64,000 nt of DNA from an uncultured delta proteobacterium (GTDB taxonomy: Bacteria; Desulfobacterota; Binatia; UBA9968). How positions within the stretch are numbered: position 1 is the first letter of the stretch; every line of letters begins with the position of its first letter. The DNA is taken from positions 64,001 to 128,000 of the forward strand of contig CAWDPO010000024.1 in NCBI GenBank assembly GCA_963804165.1, in the 5' to 3' direction. The position numbers and the translations under genes were made by a program. The notes beneath the pieces were generated by a model. That model was given only the letters and a program-made list of their open reading frames with translations. It had not been told where the DNA came from and ran no database searches. Positions 55,593 to 64,000 of the stretch are shown here, piece by piece.

Positions 55593-56312
55593 CTAAGCTT
55601 CCGGAATCTCGATGACTTTAAAAGGAGGTTGGTTTGGATAAACGTTGTGTAAAAGCTTCATGGCGACGTTGTAAACGGGCACGCCGTTCTTCGTGCTCCC
55701 TTCGGGAGCGCCATGGTGGGCATGACCATGGAACACCGCGGTCACGGGGTAGCGATTGAGCGGCTCTTCAAGGCGGCTCGATCCCAGGAACGGAAAGATT
55801 TCCGGGGGCTCACCCAACACCGTCGCCTGAATCGGCGAATAGTGCAGCAACACGATGCGTTTCTCCGACCGCAACCTGGCCAGCGCGGATTCTAATTTAA
55901 GCGCTTCATGAATGGCCTCGTGCACGAAGCTTTTGATAATGTCTTCTCCCCACGGTCCAAGAGCGCGCTCGCCGAATCCGCCGGCGAAACCTTTGACGCC
56001 GACGAAGCCGATCCCTTGGACCTCGCGTGCGTCCCCGTCCAGGACCATCACACCGGCATCCGAGAAGATTTTTTTGACTTCGTCTTGCTTGCCGCTTTCA
56101 AACTCATGGTTTCCGAGCACGGCCAAACTGGGAATTTTTAGGCTGCTTATTTCCTTTGCCAAGACGACCGCTTCCTCGGGTAAACCATAATCGACAAGAT
56201 CGCCGCAGAGCAGGAGCAGGTCGGCGCTCCGGGCAATTTCCGCAAAGAGCGGGCGCATCGCTTCATAGGAAGAAGTGTTGCAGTGAATATCTCCGATCGC
56301 GGCAATGCGCAT
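55593..56312 (-). CDS. Calcineurin-like metallophosphoesterase
   Basis: GDIH, GDLVD, GNHE, HYSP, FHGHAH. Confidence 0.92.
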   Translation of the reverse strand: MRIAAIGDIHCNTSSYEAMRPLFAEIARSADLLLLCGDLVDYGLPEEAVVLAKEISSLKIPSLAVLGNHEFESGKQDEVKKIFSDAGVMVLDGDAREVQGIGFVGVKGFAGGFGERALGPWGEDIIKSFVHEAIHEALKLESALARLRSEKRIVLLHYSPIQATVLGEPPEIFPFLGSSRLEEPLNRYPVTAVFHGHAHHGAPEGSTKNGVPVYNVAMKLLHNVYPNQPPFKVIEIPEA

Positions 56313-56431
56313 GGCTTTCTTTCAGATCGCAGGCACCCATCGGTGCGGCACGAATCCATGGCAGACGTTGGTGGATGGCATGCCGATACTCGGTGTCTTT
56401 GGCATTTCTCGCTTAGTACGAAAACTTTCAG

Positions 56432-56830
56432 TTAAGAATTTCTTCGCTCTTCTTCGACTCGTTGGAGAACCTTCTTGCGCAACGCCTCATTACCGTTGAC
56501 CGTGGTGAAGATCCGGTTGTAACGCTCAGCGGTCAGCCCGTGCGTGTCCAAAGATTGTTTAACCTTGGTATTGGCTTCCTGCTCAATCTGCTTCTTGCGC
56601 TCGGCACTGCTCGCCTTCTCGAGGGCGGGCCCGTAGTTGTGACGAATCTTCTGGTAATCCACGTAGGCTTTGACAAATGCCGTCAACTCTTGATCGCTAA
56701 CTGTCGTCGATCCCCTGGTCGTTCCTGGTTGTTTGGTTTCAGCGGCAGGCGCGACACCGGTTCCCGAGAACGCGCAGACCGCCAGCAATGCGATCACGAT
56801 AGGCGCAGACAAATTCTGTCTCATCGGCAT
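56432..56830 (-). CDS. Secreted DUF4168 protein
   Basis: Signal peptide, VSDQELTAFVKAY...GLTAERYNRI. Confidence 0.8.
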   Translation of the reverse strand: MPMRQNLSAPIVIALLAVCAFSGTGVAPAAETKQPGTTRGSTTVSDQELTAFVKAYVDYQKIRHNYGPALEKASSAERKKQIEQEANTKVKQSLDTHGLTAERYNRIFTTVNGNEALRKKVLQRVEEERRNS

Positions 56831-56863
56831 TCTCCTTTCTTATTTGCTCTCATGTTTGTGTGT

Positions 56864-57202
56864 TCATCTTGGTAGATCGCCTCGCAACCGTTCATTTTCT
56901 CGCCGAAGCCGTTCGAGTTCGGCCTGGTTACGATCGATCTGGCGCTGTTGTTCGTCTTGCCTGGTCCCCTGATGCATCAGCTGATCGCCGATTAAAGCGC
57001 CGGCAATGAGACCCACGGGTCCGCCGATCAACGCACCCACGGCGGCGTGACCGACCGTGCTGCCAATGATCGCGCCGCTACCGGCTCCCAGCCCCGCGCC
57101 GATCAGACCGCCTTGTTCACGAGTCGTGATCGGAGAACTGCACGCGGACATGAATAAGCCCGCAAGCACGAGCGCAATCGCTAGTCGATGCATTTGACCC
57201 AT
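56864..57202 (-). CDS. Glycine-zipper lipoprotein
   Basis: GGAGG RBS, lipobox MSAC, GGLIGAGLGAGSGAIIG zipper, coiled-coil tail. Confidence 0.85.
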   Translation of the reverse strand: MGQMHRLAIALVLAGLFMSACSSPITTREQGGLIGAGLGAGSGAIIGSTVGHAAVGALIGGPVGLIAGALIGDQLMHQGTRQDEQQRQIDRNQAELERLRRENERLRGDLPR

Positions 57203-57568
57203 GTTCTTATCCTCCATGTGTTTGCTTTCACGAACGGGACCATGAACGACAATACTTTTCATCGAGATTATCCATCCGGCACTTTTAGGACGCCGTGTAA
57301 GTTTCGCGCGGCAGCGACATCATCGGCGCGCCACGAGCGATAGACTAGCTTCTAGTGCCAGGTTTGCGAAGACGGGGCTAAATTGCCGAATAAGCCAGAG
57401 AGAAGAAATGCAGCCAGAAGATGAGCATCGATTTGGTGGTGGACCGATCGTTCACCTTCTTCAGTTAACGCGATAAACAGGTCTGCCAAATTAGTTTCAG
57501 GAAAATTGCCCTCGTCCATATCGTTGTCCTCCGCGATGCCTTTTGAAGATTACTCTAACGTTGGGTGG

Positions 57569-57584
57569 AGCAAGCCCCATGCCA
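57569..57584 (-). promoter_or_regulatory. Sigma-54 promoter candidate for Gly-zipper/DUF4168/MPE/NTase unit
   Basis: TGGCATGGGGCTTGCT. Confidence 0.6.
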
Positions 57585-57740
57585 GCAATTCCGTGGGGCC
57601 GGCTACTGATTACCAAGGAGATTCATGTCCGAACATGCCTGGGCTGGCTGCCGTGAAGGAGATACACATACGAAAGGGAAGCATTTTACTTCAGTTATAA
57701 GGGGCTGGTTTCTCGTGAATTACGACAATCGCGCGGCCAT

Positions 57741-58439
57741 CTAGCCAGCGTTTGCTTGGATCGTTGGGTTGATCTCCCAAGGGGGCGCTTCCAGATGCGC
57801 CAGGCGATTTTCCAGTGAACGTTGTACGGAGAGAACTTTCGTGGCGTATCCCAGGGGAAGTTTTTGCTTGGCGGCGATCTTTTTGCTGACCGAGGTCGGA
57901 CCCACATTATAGGCCGTCAGCGCGACCTTGAGATCGCCAAACATTTCTCTCATGTATCCTAGATAGGACGCGCCCACCTGCACGTTTACCGACGGGTCTT
58001 TGAGATTTAGCTTGCGGTTTTTTGCTTGCGGCGGAATTTTTCCTTCCTCGACCAATTCCGCCACGACAATCGGCTGCACCTGCATGAGACCCTGTGCGCC
58101 TTGCGGCGATACGGCTTTGTGATTGAATCCGCTTTCCACTTCGATCATCGCGAGAACCAGCATGGGATCGAGAGAATGCCTTTCGCTTTCTTGCGCAATG
58201 CTGCGCGCCAAACTCATCACGGAGTGCTCTCTCATTTGAAGGGCGCGCAACTCGAGCGTCGAGCGAATCTTCAACAAATGAAACTCCTTCATGCCTCGGG
58301 CCTGATCGCTCTCGCCAATTAATGGCGCGGGATTGAGCAAAAATAATACAAGAGTCGCTCCAAGCACTCCTCGCGACCATCGTCGAAAGAAACATCGATA
58401 GGAAACTGCGAATTCGGATTTTTCGATCCTTGGGCTCAT
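57741..58439 (-). CDS. Lytic transglycosylase (SLT domain)
   Basis: MIEVESGF, AVSPQGAQGLMQV, ALTAYNVGP. Confidence 0.9.
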   Translation of the reverse strand: MSPRIEKSEFAVSYRCFFRRWSRGVLGATLVLFLLNPAPLIGESDQARGMKEFHLLKIRSTLELRALQMREHSVMSLARSIAQESERHSLDPMLVLAMIEVESGFNHKAVSPQGAQGLMQVQPIVVAELVEEGKIPPQAKNRKLNLKDPSVNVQVGASYLGYMREMFGDLKVALTAYNVGPTSVSKKIAAKQKLPLGYATKVLSVQRSLENRLAHLEAPPWEINPTIQANAG

Positions 58440-58514
58440 GTGACACCTGAAGCAAGAAATATTTTGGATTTCCCCATCGCGCGATTGCCGTTGATGGAGT
58501 CGACACTGCCTAAG

Positions 58515-58530
58515 CGCAATTGCCATGCCC
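58515..58530 (-). promoter_or_regulatory. Sigma-54 promoter candidate for SLT gene
   Basis: GGGCATGGCAATTGCG, GG-N10-GC. Confidence 0.55.
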
Positions 58531-58691
58531 AAAGACCGGTGTGGACAGAATGCTGAATTAAAAGGAGTTTCGGTTTTGCAGGAAGGAAAAAAACTCCGGT
58601 TTTTAGGTAATTTTTCCTATGTGAATAACCTAAAAACCAGCCAGATATGGGCGCGCACGCACGCGCGAAATGAGCTGCTGGATCGGCGAAG

Positions 58692-59760
58692 TTAAATTTC
58701 GCTAAAGAAGCACGAACCCAATACCGTGCACAATTTTCGCTTGTACGTCTCAGGATCGAGAAACCAGAGCGTGGCGGCAATGCTGCTCAATAGAGAGTTG
58801 CCGTCCTGCGGCGTGAAACACATGCCGATGACTTCGCGATCTCCGCGCATCGCGAGACTCTGGCTGACGATTACCGTTTGATTGAGGATGCGGCCAAAAA
58901 GGCCGTGGTCCCGTCCAAAGGAGAAAACCGAAGCCGAGGATTTCTTGCTAGTGAGAGCGATTTTTACGTTGGATTTGAGTCTGTGAATCACATCCTTCAA
59001 TGCTGTCGGACGGCGCAACATCATGTCGAAATGAATCGTGTGCATATACTGGGTGTTCAATTTCAAAGCCGACGAAAAGATATTCAGATTCAGGCCGAGG
59101 GTTTTGAAAAGCAAATGGGCGTCGCGCCCTTGGTGGGTGCCAAACCTCTTGTCCTCATGTTTTCCAACTTCCGGGGCGGGAAGAAATTGGCTCTCCTCGC
59201 TCAAGTCATTGGCGCGCCGCATACAGACAAATTTTCCTTCCTCCAGGTTGTCTTCCTTCTCAGGACCTAAGGCGATCGTATCGATCAACGCGGCCAAATT
59301 ATGCGTGTTGCAGCTGACCACCTGAATGAAACGGTCGTTACTCCGGTCCAACGCCTCATCGTTAATTCCGTACGCATACATTTTCCCAAATCCGAACTCG
59401 CTGCCTTGGGCTATAAAACCGCAGCCGTTGTGGGCATAGCGGTTGTAGTATTTTTCTTTATTTTCGTTTCCCACCGGGGGTGCAATCGATCACCACTTTG
59501 GCGCGCTCAAGAGCCTGCTCCGCCTCATAGCACGGCTCCATTTCCAACTCCTTGAAGCGCTGCCAGTTCATCGCATCCACGCAAAGTTTAACGCCGCGCC
59601 GAGTCAACGCCGCCACCTTGGAGCGGTCGGTCAGCAAAGGCGTGCGTTTGTGGAAGGTGATCTCGTCGATACCGAGTTGCTCCTGAAAGTTGGCCATCAA
59701 ACCGATGAGCGGCTCGCCAATGGTTCCGGTTCCGACGACGTGAACGACATTTTTGTGCAT
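58692..59760 (-). CDS. Divergent type II (archaeal-like) GAPDH-like dehydrogenase; frameshift ~59475
   Basis: VVGTGTIG Rossmann, VIDCTP, VVSCNTH, RRAND, TQYMHTIH. Confidence 0.75.
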
Positions 59761-59925
59761 CCATCCTCCAACGGTCAATGAAATTGAAACTGAATCAGTG
59801 ACTAGCGTTCTGGAATCTAAGTCTTTAGAGTCATATCGGCGCCGGTATCCAGATCTCTTCGTAATTCCTAGATTCCACGTCGCCCCGGCCGTGAATTACG
59901 TTTGGCTTCGGGCCTAGCATGTTGC

Positions 59926-60069
59926 CAAATTCGAAATTCGAATATCGAAATCCGAAACAATTTCAAAGTTCAAAATACGAATTTCCGAAACTCAAATTCC
60001 GAATCGAGATATTGTTTCGAGCTTCGAATCCTTCGACATGGCTCAGGGCAGGTTTCGAGCTTCGGATTT
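59926..60069. repeat. 7-bp-periodic inverted repeat array (TCGAAAT) with embedded REP-like CCTTCGAC..GCTCAGGGCA unit at 60030-60053
   Basis: aaattcg-aaattcg-aatatcg-aaatccg-aaac ... gtttcg-agcttcg ... gtttcg-agcttcg-gattt. Confidence 0.75.
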
Positions 60070-60100
60070 ACTTTTTATCCGTTTGCAGCCTTTGCGCCTG

Positions 60101-60500
60101 CTATGATTTTCCCCGTTCCTCTTCGATCAGCTTAAGCGCTTTCTCGCGCAGGCCGAGATCCGCGCTGACGATTTGATACAGGGCGTCGTAGCGCTGCGGC
60201 GTGAGTCCCTCTTTTGCGAGCGCTACGTCAAACTTTGCCACCGCCTGTTGATCGACTTTGCCTTTTTCTCGCGTCGTCTTCGCGACGCTCCACTTGGGCT
60301 CGTATTCGGCGCGGATCTCTTGAAACTTAACGTAGAGTTTCGTAAAAGCTTGCAATTCGCCGGCGCTGACCGCTTTTGGCGGAGCATCGACTGGCGCGCT
60401 TCGTTTTGACCGAGGCTCGGCGGTGTCGGCGCGAAGTAAAACACGGTGAGCGCCGATCCGAACAGCAACGAAAGGGCCAGGATGGGCTGACCTCTCGAAC
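60101..60500 (-). CDS. Second DUF4168 secreted protein (frameshifted, start uncertain)
   Basis: VSAGELQAFTKLYV...EGLTPQRYDAL...LREKALKLIEEER; similar to 56432..56830. Confidence 0.65.
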
Positions 60501-60524
60501 GGCGAACGAAGCTCGCTGCGGACT

Positions 60525-61187
60525 TTAGGACTGCTTTTTCGGCGTCACCGCCTCGAACTGTTTAGCTTTCATCTTTTGCATCAGGTCTTCGAACGACGAT
60601 TTGGCGATAACGCGATTGAATTGCGAGCGATAATTGTTGACGATGCTGATGTTCTCGATCACCACGTCGTAGATTTTCCAGTCGTTGCCCGACTGCAAGA
60701 GTCTATAATTGACGGAGAACTCTTCACTTTTTTTGGTGATGATCTTCGTGTCGACTTGGGCGTGCTCCTTATCCTCCTGCTTCTCGGACGTGATAGTTAC
60801 CTTTTCACCGTCATAGGAGGCCAGATTATCGGCGTACGAATTTTCGATAAGGTCAGTGAACAGTTTTACAAATTCCCGCTGTTCGTCGGGACTGCGACGC
60901 TGCCAATTGGCGCCCAGAGAACGCTTCGCCATCTCGGTAAAATCGAACTTTGGGAAGATGACTTTCCTCAGCTGATCCAAACGCTCTTTCTTCTTGGCTT
61001 CTGACTTAAAGTTCGGATCTTTCAGAGTTGCAGTGACCTTTTCGATCGCGTCTTGAATTTGCTCGCGAGGCGCTCCTGCAGTTGCGGACCCGGCGATCAT
61101 CAGCGCAAGCAGAGCACTCACCAGACTCGCGCCGATGCGGGCGGAGAAAAACCAGCGCGTATTTTTAGGAAAGTTTACAGTCAACAT
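60525..61187 (-). CDS. mlaC: MlaC/Ttg2D phospholipid-binding periplasmic protein
   Basis: FDFTEMAKRSLG.NW, WKIYDVVIENISIVNNYRSQF. Confidence 0.92.
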   Translation of the reverse strand: MLTVNFPKNTRWFFSARIGASLVSALLALMIAGSATAGAPREQIQDAIEKVTATLKDPNFKSEAKKKERLDQLRKVIFPKFDFTEMAKRSLGANWQRRSPDEQREFVKLFTDLIENSYADNLASYDGEKVTITSEKQEDKEHAQVDTKIITKKSEEFSVNYRLLQSGNDWKIYDVVIENISIVNNYRSQFNRVIAKSSFEDLMQKMKAKQFEAVTPKKQS

Positions 61188-61249
61188 AAGATAAGACCTC
61201 AAAGTTTCGACAGTACACTTAAAAAGACTTTATTATCGGCTGCCAAGGA

Positions 61250-61265
61250 AGCAACGGTCGTGCCA
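61250..61265 (-). promoter_or_regulatory. Sigma-54 promoter of mlaC-DUF4168
   Basis: Consensus TGGCACGACCGTTGCT, identical to 20874-20889. Confidence 0.8.
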
Positions 61266-61464
61266 CATTCCTGATTTGTTTGACTCCATTGAATTCAGGA
61301 CATTAGGTACCGCGTGAAACATCGTGCGCAAGACGTTGCAGGAATTTCCCTACAGCCGGAAGGCGTTTAACCTGTCAAGGCCGCGAGCTGAGATTGTTTT
61401 GACTTTGAGTCACGTCGACCGTTTACCTTAAGTGCCGAACACTAAAGTTCGGCGGCGGGGCAAC

Positions 61465-61498
61465 AAAAAAGCCCGGTCTGGGAAATTCCCAGCCGGGC
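61465..61498 (-). terminator. Rho-independent terminator
   Basis: GCCCGGCTGGGAATTTCCCAGACCGGGC followed by TTTTTT on the minus strand. Confidence 0.75.
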
Positions 61499-62033
61499 CG
61501 TTGAGTAACAAAAACGAAAGTCTGATTACATGACTTCCAAATCAACCCGAATCTACGTCAGCGGCGCAATTCGTTGAGGCGTTGTTCACTCGAATCCCAT
61601 ACCAATAGCGAGGGTCTCGTGAAGGCCTGAGAGACTATCGCGACAAAGCGATCATCACTGCGATTCAAATATCCCATATGTCGGTTTCATAGGTCGACCA
61701 AAAATTGCCTGATTTCAGACAAAGTGGAATCGGGCTGATTAAAGGCAGGCGGCTACGGGCAAATCATCCGGTCAGAAAAACACCGCACCGGCTCGGCCGA
61801 TAACGATGGCTTGGAAAGAAAAAAACTGTAGGGACTTTAGATACCACAAAAGTTTTTGTATATTTTATTGGCGAACCTGGGCGTCGGTCTGCGCACGGCA
61901 GCCCTTAGTCACCTCTCGTGGTCGGCAAAGCCGAATTCACTACTCGCATGTTGTTCCGAGAGATTTAGAGGAAGCAAAAAAAAAGCGCGGTGAATTGTAG
62001 TCAATAATTTCCACGAGGAAAGGGGGTTGCCTT

Positions 62034-62252
62034 GTGACATTGCAACGCGGAACTGAGATGATTTGGTACGATACAGTCGGCGGAGTTCCGATTCGAGTCG
62101 GCATTCCGCACGATTTAACAGCGACAGAAGCTAAAGCTGTGCTTGAGGAGTTTGTTGGCTTTTTGGGTGAGCTCGCCAAGCTACCCCATGCGGACAAACT
62201 CACAATCGGGGAAGCCTACAAAATCGTAAGCAACAAAAATAAGGAGCACTAG
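62034..62252 (+). CDS. Small hypothetical protein
   Basis: 72-aa ORF with purine-rich RBS and amphipathic helical composition. Confidence 0.45.
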   Translation: MTLQRGTEMIWYDTVGGVPIRVGIPHDLTATEAKAVLEEFVGFLGELAKLPHADKLTIGEAYKIVSNKNKEH

Positions 62253-62837
62253 CCCTCACACTCCTTGCATACGATAACCTTGTTGAATGCGTTGTCCACC
62301 ATCTCTTTATCTCCGCCAACTCATCGAACCATTTGGCCGCACCGAAAGTCAAGAAAAATTCCCGTGAGACGCAAAAATCCAGGTGAAGACGCGTATTTGT
62401 ACAGCGAGTTTATGCCGTTGAGAAAGCGTTTAACCTGCCCAGCGAGCCTCGTTGTCCGTTGTCCGTACTCCGCGCGTTAGTGAACTTGGCCAACAGCTCT
62501 GTCCCGCAGGGTACAATCTTGTGAATTGACGGATTTTGTTTCAAGCGGCAAATCAAGGTAAGCCCGACCTCAGCTTAGGACACTGACGGAAAGTGGACGA
62601 CTCGAATGAATCACTAAAAGGTATTACCACGATTGCCATCTGAATCTGAGAAGATGGTATGGCCGTTGCGTTCTATCCACCTAGATGAATACTCGCTTGA
62701 AACTGGCCGTCGAGAGTCTGATGATGATCATGCTCCCCTATGGCATGGGCTTTCTGCCAACTGTCTCCATAATGACCGCAATGGCCTCGACAGCTTGTTT
62801 GTGGACAACAAAACACCTGACGCTCGTGGTTTGACCT

Positions 62838-63347
62838 ATGTCGCATGCTAAATCCTTACGTGTGATCGGACAGTCCCTGGAAGCCGCGAGGGTTGATACT
62901 TTCGAATTGGAGAAACATGACCGGCACTATCTTGTATGGATTGTTTCCTCAACAAAAGCGGACGAATTGATTTCTCTCAGAGACAAAGATATTGCACCGC
63001 AAAATAGCCTCCAACCCACAGCCGATCCTCTGTTCTGTTTCAGTCCAGCTGACATTTCACGTCTCGATGCCCAGGCGCAAAAAAGACGACGAAATCAGTC
63101 TTCTTCACCTACGCGATTGTCGAAAATGCTATCTCACCAGCTACGTACTTTAGGCGATCATCTTGACAGGATCGAGGTAAGCGCTTTTCAAATTGTCTGG
63201 ACCCCTGGTTCTGTTCTTCTTGATTACCAACCGCTTGACGGGCGGCGGAAAAGTAGAGTATTTACAGCTGAAGAATTGCAGCAACTGTGTCTGCACGGGA
63301 AATGGCTACGGTCCAGCCGTGACCTTTTCCTACGGCTGGATATCTAA
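62838..63347 (+). CDS. Hypothetical protein with internal two-fold repeat
   Basis: SLRVIGQSLE...FEL and QLRTLGDHLD...FQI halves, each followed by an F(S/T)xx(D/E)(I/L)xxL helix. Confidence 0.7.
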   Translation: MSHAKSLRVIGQSLEAARVDTFELEKHDRHYLVWIVSSTKADELISLRDKDIAPQNSLQPTADPLFCFSPADISRLDAQAQKRRRNQSSSPTRLSKMLSHQLRTLGDHLDRIEVSAFQIVWTPGSVLLDYQPLDGRRKSRVFTAEELQQLCLHGKWLRSSRDLFLRLDI

Positions 63348-64000
63348 AGTTACCAACACAGGACTTTCCCTCGTCTTCCCAACAACGTTGCAACCTGTCC
63401 CCGTTATCTCTACTGCTCCTGTTCCCACTGTAACGGATACGTCGACATAGTTCTTCGCAAGTCTGGGCAGAACACGCCGATGCACGCCGTTAACGGTTAT
63501 TGCCTAAGATGTAGCTACTGGCTTGGATTGTGATTCGAGGCAAACGCGATGCGTCGATTGCGGTGCGCAGGCCAAGACAAGGCCGCGCGTGCAGCCGATG
63601 CAAAACGCTGGCGGGACATTAGCGTCTTGGCAGACGCCAATGCTCCGGACTCTTCGCCTGCTTCGCGATTATGAGCGGATCCGCGCACCGAGTGTGAATC
63701 GACATACGAAGCGTTATAGAATGCGAAATAGAGTTCCAGGCACACAGCTGACCGCCGTCTGCATCGTCGCCGAGCCGAAATTCCACGATTGTAGATCCCT
63801 CAGTTGAGCGCGCCGGCGAAATGCGCGTGCTCAGTTGCGAAGGGAGCACGGGCCGGCGTGCCCAATCGAATTGCCGTCGAATCGTTCGGCACGATCACAG
63901 GCTTGCGGTTCTCGATCGCTTTCATGACTGTGCGGGCGCCATATCAGATGCCTCCGGTCGCTTTGTTGACATCATCAACATGTTCCGCCTCGCAGAAGAT

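Noticed and set aside
59926-60069. CRISPR array or coding ORFs 59902..60135 / 59919..60176
   Set aside because: Heptamer-periodic repeats without unique spacers and no cas genes; the ORF translations merely reflect the repeat.
63350-64000. Short ORFs at the right edge
   Set aside because: No recognisable motifs, RBS or consistent coding frame.

Overview
GC-rich (~57% by eye) bacterial chromosomal window, probably a deltaproteobacterium-like soil or groundwater lineage such as Ca. Binatia (inferred from gene style, not proven). It carries many single-base indel frameshifts typical of an unpolished long-read assembly. Layout: (1) 1-12.9 kb, a MoxR/DUF58/BatA-vWA/DUF4159/GATase-like/DUF4175/TPR-gluzincin operon, interrupted by a small HDxxH gene bracketed by 7-bp-periodic inverted repeats. 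(2) 13-27 kb, a general-stress island: NDH-2, CsbD, PRC-barrel, family 1 encapsulin plus encapsulated ferritin, DUF1328, DUF3096, iron permease, Fe/Mn SOD, USP and basic small proteins, with three paralog pairs in opposite orientation. (3) 27.6-31 kb, a decayed RAYT/Y1-transposase element whose N- and C-terminal gene halves and degenerate inverted ends enclose unrelated cargo, including a phage-like ATP-grasp-type gene. (4) 31-36 kb, qor, Spy-like, CMK-like-BON and a CdaA-YbbR fusion diadenylate cyclase. (5) 36-50.5 kb, a complete glgB-treZ-glgX-treY-glgE-treS/mak cluster. (6) 51-61 kb, a histidine kinase plus stand-alone receiver, a nucleotidyltransferase-metallophosphoesterase pair, DUF4168 and glycine-zipper proteins, SLT, an archaeal-type GAPDH-like protein and MlaC. 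Seven or eight correctly spaced sigma-54 (-24/-12) promoters precede the stress and envelope transcription units, suggesting an RpoN-driven general-stress or dormancy regulon. No tRNA, rRNA or CRISPR array was seen.
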